A DNA stretch of 64,000 nucleotides, from positions 96,001 to 160,000 of the forward strand of contig JBDHAB010000006.1 in the NCBI GenBank assembly GCA_039588295.1, given 5' to 3'. Shown piece after piece: positions 28,646 to 36,502 of this stretch. The notes below the pieces were generated by a model, which ran no database searches, was not told the DNA's origin, and saw only the letters and a program-made list of their open reading frames with translations. Position numbers and translations under genes: made by a program. The DNA is from Gemmatimonadota bacterium. Lineage in GTDB: Bacteria > Gemmatimonadota > Gemmatimonadetes > Gemmatimonadales > GWC2-71-9. The first letter of the stretch is position 1. Each line of letters starts with the position of its first letter.

Positions 28646-29695
28646 TCAGAACTGCTCCGGCAGAACTCCCGTCTGCTCGTACTGGTAGGCCATCGCCTTG
28701 AGCCGCGCGACGCGCACGGCCATCGGTGGGTGAGTGGCGAAGGCGCTGGCGAAGAATCCCTCCTTGCTCGTGAGCCGCCGGCCGAGGGGATCGGCGATGC
28801 AGAGATGGGCGGTCCCCCGTTTGATCGCCTTGGTGGGCTCGGCGGCGTTCTCGATCTTGCGCAGAGCCGAGGCGAGGGCGCCGGGGTTGCGCGTGAACTG
28901 TGCGGCCGTGGCGTCGGCCAGGAACTCGCGCTTCCGGCTCACGCCGAGCGCGAGCAGCCGCGAAATCAGCGGTGCGAGGATGAGCGTGATGAGCCAGAGC
29001 ACGAGCACGATCACGGCCAGCGCGCCCGCGCCGCCCCCCTTCTTACCGCCACTACCACCACCGCCGCGCGGGCCCCCACGGCGCCCGGAGAACGAACCCC
29101 ACCGCATCATCCGGATCGCACCGTCCGACATGAGTGCAATCACGCCAACCAGCGCGGCCAGCAACGTCATCAGCTTCATGTCGTGGTTCCGGATGTGGGA
29201 CATCTCGTGGGCGACGACCGCCTGAAGCTCATCACGGTTCAGGCTCTTCATCAGGCCTTCCGTGACGGCGACGTGAGCGTCACCCTCCTTAATGCCGGTC
29301 GCGAAGGCATTGGGATCCAGGTCGGGCACCACCCACACCTTGGGCTTCGGCAGCCCGGACGCAATCGCCATTTCTTCGACCACGTTGATGAGCTGCTTTT
29401 CTTCGTCGGTGTTCGCGTCCACGAGCTGCCAGGCACCGGTGGCCCACAAGACTTGCTTCGGGCCCCGCTGGAACGCGAACCAGGCCATGCCGAGCCCGAT
29501 GGTGGTCGTCAGCAGTCCGATCCAGGGCACGGTGTGGCGGTAGGCGCCCGGCTGCGCATCGATGGTGAAGAGGTAATAGGCGAGGTCCCCACCAAACCCC
29601 ACCCAGGCGAAAAAGGCGACGAAGATCGCTACCAGGACGGCGGATCGCCGCCTGTTCGCCCGCTGCTGCGCGAAGAGATTGCTCTCGGCGCTCAC
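28646..29695 (-). CDS. htpX: HtpX-like M48 zinc metalloprotease
   Basis: PNAFATG, AHEMSH, SRKREFLADA, THPP. Confidence 0.9.
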   Translation of the reverse strand: MSAESNLFAQQRANRRRSAVLVAIFVAFFAWVGFGGDLAYYLFTIDAQPGAYRHTVPWIGLLTTTIGLGMAWFAFQRGPKQVLWATGAWQLVDANTDEEKQLINVVEEMAIASGLPKPKVWVVPDLDPNAFATGIKEGDAHVAVTEGLMKSLNRDELQAVVAHEMSHIRNHDMKLMTLLAALVGVIALMSDGAIRMMRWGSFSGRRGGPRGGGGSGGKKGGGAGALAVIVLVLWLITLILAPLISRLLALGVSRKREFLADATAAQFTRNPGALASALRKIENAAEPTKAIKRGTAHLCIADPLGRRLTSKEGFFASAFATHPPMAVRVARLKAMAYQYEQTGVLPEQF

Positions 29696-30287
29696 TCGCC
29701 CTTCGGCTCTTCATCGAGAGATCGACCTGCGGTACCGCGCGCTCCGCCTCGTCCGTGATCTCCCACAGCTCCACCTGCTCCGCCCGGGCGAAGCCGGCGG
29801 TCAGATTCCACGGGAACTGTTGCTGCTTCACGTTGTAGGTCGTCGCCGTGTCGTTATAGAGCTGTCGGGCGAAGGCCACGCGATTCTCCGTGGAGGTCAG
29901 CTCTTCCTGCAGCTGGCCGACGTTGCTCGTCGCCTTGAGGTCGGGATACCGCTCAACCACCACGTTCAGACGCGACAGTGCGGCCCCCAGCGCGGATTCC
30001 GCTGCGGCGAGTGCCAGTACGCCCTGCGTGGGAGAGGCATCCGCCTGGATCTTCACCGCCTGGTTCCGCGCCAGGATGACGGCTTCCAACGTGTCTTTCT
30101 CGAACTCCATCGCTCCTCGGACCGCCTCGACCAGGTTGGGAATGAGGTCGTGACGGCGCTTGAGCTGCACGTCGATCTGCTTCCAGGCGTTCTGCGTCTC
30201 GCCCTTCATACGGATGAGCGTGTTGTATGCCGAGATCGCCCAGACGACGATCGCGGCGACGACGAACAGGAAGATCCATGTGCTCAT
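29692..30287 (-). CDS. lemA: LemA family protein; probable 1-nt deletion near 3' end (as written, reads on to 29289)
   Basis: IDVQLKRRHDLIPNLV, ERYPDLKA, ENRVAFARQLYND; a TGA overlapping the htpX GTG is one base out of frame. Confidence 0.85.
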
Positions 30288-30335
30288 GTCAGCACTCCCG
30301 GGGTTACGAATGCGGGAAACGGGGGCACGACGGGC

Positions 30336-30545
30336 CTACGCGTGGCGATCGGCATCGTCGTCCGGACTCGGTTGCACGCCCGCGTCGGGGCGCGACAGTG
30401 AGATACGGCTGAGGGCGAGGCGTACGGCTTCCGCCACGGGTCCCGCCAGTGTGCCATTTGCTGCCACGGGGTGGTCCCCCCGCACGTGCAGCTCGACGCC
30501 ATCGGTCACCCGCAGCCGGTGCCAGGTGGTGGTCGATTCGCCTTG
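30336..30545 (-). pseudogene. C-terminal fragment of a truncated gene (resembles the C-terminal part of some MerR-type HTH proteins)
   Basis: GESTTTWHRLRVTDGVELHVRGDHPVAANG..RHA*; no start; cut where the racemase C-half begins. Confidence 0.5.
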
Positions 30546-31075
30546 CGTCTGTCGGGCTCGTGCTTACCCCCGACAACGGGCGGGAGCTGGCGCGCATCGG
30601 CGAGATGCTTCGCGCGGCTGCGAACGAGCAGTTACCGGTTTCCCATCCCGAGAATCCGCAGATGGCCGGTGTGTCGATCTCGCAGCTCTCCGCGCGCCCC
30701 GACCATCCGAACGCGCATCGCAGAAACGTGGTGGTCGTGTCAACCGGAACGCTGGACTGGAACCGCCCCGAGACTTGGACGGGTGCCATCGACCGGTCGC
30801 CGTGCGGCACGGGCACCTGCGCCAAGATGGCGGCCCTGCATGCGAGAGGGGAGCTCGGATTGCACGAGGAATTCCGCCATGAGGGCATCCTGGGAACGAT
30901 CTTCACTGGACGGCTGATTCGTGAGACCCGAGTTGGACCGTACCAGGCGGTGGTCCCAACACTGACCGGGGCCGCGTGGATCACCGGAACTTGCGACTAC
31001 GTCGTGGATCCGGCAGACCCGTTTCCGGAGGGATTCCGGGTCGGAGACATCTGGGGCGCGATAGGGCAGGACTGA
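30545..31075 (+). pseudogene. Proline racemase family, C-terminal ~176 aa
   Basis: ASVGLVLTPDNGRELARIG..HPENP..IDRSPCGTGT..DPFPEGF. Confidence 0.9.
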
Positions 31076-31107
31076 AACGTCCCGCACGGGCGCATCGAGG
31101 TTGGGTC

Positions 31108-34100
31108 CTAGGTCGGGGCGCGCACGGCGAACTGGTGGCGGACGAAATCCTCCCGGAAGATCCCTTCCAGGGTGGCCACCAGGCGATCTGCATCGCCTGC
31201 TGAGAACGGAAGTGGCGGTTTGATCTTGAGCACGTTGCGGTCGGGGCCGTCCGTGCTCAACAAGATGCCGTGGTCCTTGGCCCGCTCAACGACGTAGGCG
31301 GCTTCCTCCGTGGCCGGAGTCCTTGTGACCCGATCCAGCACGAGTTCCACACCCAGGAACAAGCCTCGTCCCCGCACATCGCCGACGATGGCATGGACGT
31401 CCATGAGCGACTCCAGTCCTCGTCTGAGCCGACCCCCAACGTGTCGCGCGTGCGCTTGGAGCCCTTCCCCTTCGATCGCGTCCAATACCGCCATGCCGAC
31501 TGCACAGGAGACCGGATTCCCCCCGAAGGTGTTGAAGTACTCCATGCCGGTGTGGAATGACTCGGCGATGTCGCGGGTGGTGACGACCGCCGCCAGTGGG
31601 TGCCCGTTGCCGATCGGCTTTCCCATCGTCACGATGTCGGGAACGACATCCTGCGTTTCGAATCCCCAGAAGTGCGTGCCGACCCGACCGAACCCCACCT
31701 GGACTTCGTCCGCGATACAGACTGCGCCGTGCGTGCGCGCGTAGCGATAGGCGTCGCGCAAGTAGCCCGGCGGGAGCTCGATCTGCCCTCCGCATCCGAG
31801 CAACGTCTCGCTGAGGAACGCCGCGACCCTCCGACCGGTCCGGTGAACTGCTGCAATCGTGTCGCGGACGAACGCGGCATACTTGGCACCGCAGGCCGGG
31901 TCGTCCCGCCGGTACGGTCCGCGGTAGTCGTCCGGCATGACGACCTTGTGGACATGCGGCGGTGCGCCCCGACCGCCCGGTCCGTCGAACTTGTAGGGGC
32001 TCGCATCGACCAGCGCGGCGGTATTCCCGTGGTAGCCGCCCTGCAGCACGATCAGATCCTCGGCGCCCGTGTGGGTTCGCGCCATGCGAAGTGCGAGCTC
32101 GTTCGCTTCACTTCCCGAGCAGACGAAGTAGCAAATGCTCAGGGGATCGGGAAGCGTGGCGCACAATCGTTCCGCATAGCGAACGAGATGCTGGTGGAGG
32201 TAACGCGTGTTCGTGTTCAGGACGGCAATCTGCCGCTGCGCGGCCATCACCACCCGTGGATGGCAGTGCCCAACGTGGCACACGTTGTTCACGCAATCGA
32301 GATACGCATGACCGACCTCGTCGTAGAGGTACTGGGCGCGACCCCGGACGATGTGGAGGGGTGCCTCGTAGGCGATGCTGAGCGAGGGTCCCAAGCGCTC
32401 ATTACGCGCCTGGAGAATGGTGTCGCGGCTCATGGCGGCGTCGGCCCGCACGCCCCCCGGCAGGCCCACAACCAGATTCGGGTCGGGAGACAGGCTGAGC
32501 CAGACAGCACGCTGGCTCGGTGCGGCAACGCCCGGGAACTCTCCGTCCCGATCGAGCAGATCGGTGATGAGTTGGAAGTGAAGATGGGGTGGCCAGTTTC
32601 CGTTCACCGCGAACTCGCCCACTGAGGCGAGACGCTCACCTTGGCGCACGTTGTCGCCCGGCGACAGCGACCGAAGGCAGTCGGGGCCGAGGTGTCCGTA
32701 CAGTGTGTAGAACCGCGGACCATCGGACGGCTCGTGCTCCAGGATGACGGTCGGACCGTAGTCCAGGGCCGCCGCGTTGTCTTTCACGCTGTGCACCCGA
32801 GCATCGAGCGGAGCCAGCACGGGTGTCCCGGGCTCAGAGAACAGATCCACGCCGAGGTGGATCGTCCGACGCTCGGGGAGCTCTCCTTGGGGTCCCTCGA
32901 ACGCCTCCGTCAGGTAGATGTACCGCGCCTCGTCATAGCGACCCACGCCGAATCGAGCACCGCGCTCAGTCATCGCGGACAACACTACGTCAGCGAGGAC
33001 CTCGGTTCCGGTGATCTCTTCCGGGTCCGTGAGAAGCGGGCTCTCGATGCTGAGGTCGAGCGTGGTCGCAGGTGCGCGACGAGGATCCGGGTCCATGACC
33101 GGCCCGATGGCGTTGGCGTGTCGCTGCAGCCAGTGGACGACTGCCTGACTGTGTGGGCAGGGGGTGAGCCCGCACGCGGCACGAAGAACGTCCCGTGCAA
33201 AGCGTGGATGAATGGTGGTCAGCTGCTCGAGGGCATCCCACGCAGGTTGCTCGCTGACGGCGAGGTAGTCGTTTTCCGGCTCTTCGAGGCGACGCTGCGC
33301 AGAGATGCAGACGCTCAGCGCCAAGCGGCCGCAAGCCAGCGCGAATAGCGCCTCTAACTCGGGTTCTGTAAGGGGCAGCGCGTCGTGGTACCCCCCCACG
33401 ATCTGCGCGGCGGCGGCGAGCGGGTCCGGCTTGCCCAAAACCGCGTATGCGACGGCGATCGCCGGATCACAGACCGTGGCGCATTCGACCAGGTCCCCGA
33501 AGTCGACGAAACCCGTGATTCGCCGTGGCTCTCGTCCAGTTGCTTCCACCAGCACGTTGTAGTCGTTTGCGTCGTTGTAGATGACGCTGGTCCGGAGGGA
33601 AGGGAGAACCGGCGTAACCATTGCTGTCCATTGCTCGAGCACGCGGTCGATGATCCGCTGGCGCCGGCTACCGGTGACCGCCGACCGATACTCCGTGACA
33701 GTCTCGGGTGCTCGGCCAAGGTTCCACGGAAAATCTCGGCGCGCCGCGGGGTGCGTGAACTGCAGCAGCGAACGATCCATCGTTGCAAGGGTTCGACCGA
33801 GATCTTGCAAGAGCGCGGCCGAGTGCGGTCGGGCTCGGGCCAGCACCTCACCAGACAGATAACTGAGGAGCCGTACGCTGTGGCGCTGGCCGTCGCGCCC
33901 CACGATCACGGATGCCACCTCGCCCGTCTCCGCAGGGCGAAGACGTGGGACTGGGAGCCCCGGCGTTTGTTCGGCGAGCCACGTGAGCGCCGCGTTCTGC
34001 AGTTCGAGATGGGCGTCCGGCTCGCCGGAGCCCGAGATCTTCAGGACGAACCGATCGCCCGAGACGGCGGTCAGAACGAAGTTCTGATCACGCTCGCTTG

Positions 34101-34197
34101 GGAGCGACTGAACCGAGCCGGAGAGGCCATAGAGCCTGTTGGCCAGGTTCAGCGCCTCGTCTGGAGAGAAGGTTGGTCGTTGAAGCTCGAGGGTCAT
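31108..34197 (-). CDS. Fusion of APH-like kinase, M23-like domain and class-III PLP enzyme (hydroxylysine kinase/phospholyase-like)
   Basis: SERDQNF, NDANDYN, DFGD; HLGVD, YGHL, HLHF; DEVQVGFGR, TMGKPIGNG. Confidence 0.88.
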   Translation of the reverse strand: MTLELQRPTFSPDEALNLANRLYGLSGSVQSLPSERDQNFVLTAVSGDRFVLKISGSGEPDAHLELQNAALTWLAEQTPGLPVPRLRPAETGEVASVIVGRDGQRHSVRLLSYLSGEVLARARPHSAALLQDLGRTLATMDRSLLQFTHPAARRDFPWNLGRAPETVTEYRSAVTGSRRQRIIDRVLEQWTAMVTPVLPSLRTSVIYNDANDYNVLVEATGREPRRITGFVDFGDLVECATVCDPAIAVAYAVLGKPDPLAAAAQIVGGYHDALPLTEPELEALFALACGRLALSVCISAQRRLEEPENDYLAVSEQPAWDALEQLTTIHPRFARDVLRAACGLTPCPHSQAVVHWLQRHANAIGPVMDPDPRRAPATTLDLSIESPLLTDPEEITGTEVLADVVLSAMTERGARFGVGRYDEARYIYLTEAFEGPQGELPERRTIHLGVDLFSEPGTPVLAPLDARVHSVKDNAAALDYGPTVILEHEPSDGPRFYTLYGHLGPDCLRSLSPGDNVRQGERLASVGEFAVNGNWPPHLHFQLITDLLDRDGEFPGVAAPSQRAVWLSLSPDPNLVVGLPGGVRADAAMSRDTILQARNERLGPSLSIAYEAPLHIVRGRAQYLYDEVGHAYLDCVNNVCHVGHCHPRVVMAAQRQIAVLNTNTRYLHQHLVRYAERLCATLPDPLSICYFVCSGSEANELALRMARTHTGAEDLIVLQGGYHGNTAALVDASPYKFDGPGGRGAPPHVHKVVMPDDYRGPYRRDDPACGAKYAAFVRDTIAAVHRTGRRVAAFLSETLLGCGGQIELPPGYLRDAYRYARTHGAVCIADEVQVGFGRVGTHFWGFETQDVVPDIVTMGKPIGNGHPLAAVVTTRDIAESFHTGMEYFNTFGGNPVSCAVGMAVLDAIEGEGLQAHARHVGGRLRRGLESLMDVHAIVGDVRGRGLFLGVELVLDRVTRTPATEEAAYVVERAKDHGILLSTDGPDRNVLKIKPPLPFSAGDADRLVATLEGIFREDFVRHQFAVRAPT

Positions 34198-34341
34198 ACC
34201 CTGCTCTCGGTCCCCACTCCTTCGAGGTCAGGCTGCATCCCGGTCTCCGTGTCGTCGAGTACGCCGTTGCGGGCCGTCGCACAGTCAATATTGTTCAGCC
34301 ACCCGAGAATCGGAATTCTGCCTCGACCACGGAGATTCGGA

Positions 34342-35031
34342 ATGCCACAGAATGCTCATTTTGCTCCGACGCTATTCTCGTTTCTCAGGCAACTCGACCG
34401 CAACAACAACCGGGAGTGGTTTCGAGCGAACAAAGAGCGATATGAGCGAGAAGTGCGCGATCCGGTGCTGCGGTTCATCGTGGATTTCGGGCCGCGGTTG
34501 CGGCGTATCAGCCCGCACTTCGTCGCCGATCCCCGCCCCGTGGGCGGCTCGATGTTCCGCATCTATCGAGATACGCGGTTCTCCCGTGACAAGCGTCCCT
34601 ACAAGACGGTCGCCGCGGCCCAGTTCCGTCACGAGAAGGGTGGGGACGTCCACGCCCCCGGCTTCTACTTGCATTTGGAGCCTGGGAACGTGTTCGCGGG
34701 CGTAGGCCTGTGGCACCCCGATGGCGACACGCTGCGGAAGGTCCGAGACACGATCGTGGAGAACCCCGGGAAGTGGAAGCGAATAAGCGGGAGTAAGTCG
34801 TTTCTGAACCGGTTCACTCTGAGCGGTGAATCCCTCAAGCGCCCGCCGCGTGGGTACGCAGCCGATCACCCGGCGATGGAAGATCTCAAGAGGAAAGACT
34901 TCGTCGCCGTGGCGCCATTCGAAGACCAGGAACTGTTCGATCCCAGCTTCCTGTCCAATTTCACCGCGACGGTGCGGACGGCGAAACCGTTCATGGAGTT
35001 TCTGACTCGGGCGGTTGGACTCGCGTGGTGA
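34342..35031 (+). CDS. DUF2461 family protein
   Basis: NNNREWF, FRIYRDTRFSRDKRPYK, GFYLH, LKRPPRGY. Confidence 0.88.
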   Translation: MPQNAHFAPTLFSFLRQLDRNNNREWFRANKERYEREVRDPVLRFIVDFGPRLRRISPHFVADPRPVGGSMFRIYRDTRFSRDKRPYKTVAAAQFRHEKGGDVHAPGFYLHLEPGNVFAGVGLWHPDGDTLRKVRDTIVENPGKWKRISGSKSFLNRFTLSGESLKRPPRGYAADHPAMEDLKRKDFVAVAPFEDQELFDPSFLSNFTATVRTAKPFMEFLTRAVGLAW

Positions 35032-35042
35032 CGCTGCACCCG

Positions 35043-36365
35043 TCAGCGCTGGCCAGTCCGGATGCGCTCCCACGCCCGCAGTCCAGACCCTGCGCACAGC
35101 CAAAGGAGCAAGGTGATGATCGCCGCCGACGTGAGGCACCACGCGCAGGTAGCGCCGATCACGAACGGCTCGAGGTAGGTGAGATAGATGGAAAAGAACG
35201 TGCCGACGTACGTCATGAGCAGGAGGCCGAAGGACGCCCAATCCGCTGTTGGGCGCCGTCCTGTACGTCTCACGAGCCACGCGGCGATGATCCCGACATA
35301 CCCCACCAGACCGACGATTCCCACCGGAAGGACGCCAAACAGTCTCGCGTATGAACTCTGTTGGACGGCATTGCAGTCCCCTACGGGCCCGCACACCGCG
35401 GCCGCCCCAGTCAGTTCCACGTAGGTGAGGTAACCCGCCACGCCGATCCCAATCAGTGCCACGATCGGGATCGCGGATTCGAGCGTGCGTCCTATGGGTC
35501 GCGGTGTCCGGACGATCACCGCAATGACACTCACGATCATGACGACAAGCATTGCGATCGCGAGGCCATTCGCCAGCGGGTCCCGTTGCAGGCGATCGAG
35601 CACGGAGTCACCATCGACCGGGACGGATTCCAGGGTCGCCGGTGGCGGCGGCTCGCCCACTGGTGGTACGCTGGGTAGGACGGGGACGGCGGCTGTATCG
35701 GTGCGCGGCGAGTCCGCAGGGCTCGGCGCAAGTTCCGAGCGCAGCCTGGCGCGCACGGGCTGGGAGTCGGGCGCGACTTGTGGTGTCACGGGTGTCGCCG
35801 TGTCGGGTGCAGCAGGCGGCGCTGCTTCTCGAGCAGCGATTGGCGGTACCGGGAGTTCCGGTAGATGGTCGAGGAGGCCCTCGATGTCCGGCCACTCGAG
35901 CCCGTCGGTTGCCAGCGCATCCTCAATGATCACCGGAAGGTGGTTGGGAATCTCGAAAGACCCCACGAGGACGGAATCGGCGATGACAAGCCTCGGCACG
36001 CCACTTCGCTCCCGTGGGATCTGAAACCGCTCAGTGGACGTCTGGTAGAGCTCGTAGCCGAGGGGTCGGGATGCATCAACCAGGAGGATCTCGAGCTGGC
36101 CGTTGGTGGCGTAGTACAGGGACCGCTCCCGTTCCGGCACATCTTGATTGACGATGACCTGTGGCTCCCCCCCGTACGCGGCGAAGATGCGGGGGAGATC
36201 CTCGCTGATGACCTCGTGACAGTGGGGGCACGTCGGCGAGTAGAAAAGCACGGCACGAACGACCTGTTCCTGCGCGCTCGCCGGTTCGATGGTGGCCGAG
36301 AGCGTGACTGCGGCCGATGCGAGGATGGCCGCCGTTCGTCGTACGAGAGTGCGAATGCCGCGCAA
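35043..36365 (-). CDS. Thioredoxin-like domain, Pro-rich linker and VKOR domain
   Basis: FYSPTCPHC; VCGPVGDCNAVQQS; ATCAWC; TTG start after GGAGG. Confidence 0.88.
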   Translation of the reverse strand: MRGIRTLVRRTAAILASAAVTLSATIEPASAQEQVVRAVLFYSPTCPHCHEVISEDLPRIFAAYGGEPQVIVNQDVPERERSLYYATNGQLEILLVDASRPLGYELYQTSTERFQIPRERSGVPRLVIADSVLVGSFEIPNHLPVIIEDALATDGLEWPDIEGLLDHLPELPVPPIAAREAAPPAAPDTATPVTPQVAPDSQPVRARLRSELAPSPADSPRTDTAAVPVLPSVPPVGEPPPPATLESVPVDGDSVLDRLQRDPLANGLAIAMLVVMIVSVIAVIVRTPRPIGRTLESAIPIVALIGIGVAGYLTYVELTGAAAVCGPVGDCNAVQQSSYARLFGVLPVGIVGLVGYVGIIAAWLVRRTGRRPTADWASFGLLLMTYVGTFFSIYLTYLEPFVIGATCAWCLTSAAIITLLLWLCAGSGLRAWERIRTGQR

Positions 36366-36502
36366 TGTGCAAGCCTCCGTCTCGGTGAAACTACTCCGAC
36401 GGAAACCCGTGTCACAAGCCACGATGCTGGACTCGCGTGGAGAGGACCCTGCAGGCATCTTTCCCGGCGGATGAGATCCGCACCTGACTCCCGGGAGCAA
36501 CC

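Larger units (their letters stand above)
22052..30544. mobile_element. ~8.5 kb block interrupting the proline-racemase-family gene (insertion or rearrangement; no recombinase)
   Basis: Two complementary halves of one gene flank it on the same strand; the right end also truncates another gene. Confidence 0.55.

Noticed and set aside
22131..30545. CGCCTTG at 22131 and 30539 as a target-site duplication
   Set aside because: The left copy is ~80 bp inside the junction, and removing the interval does not restore the gene.
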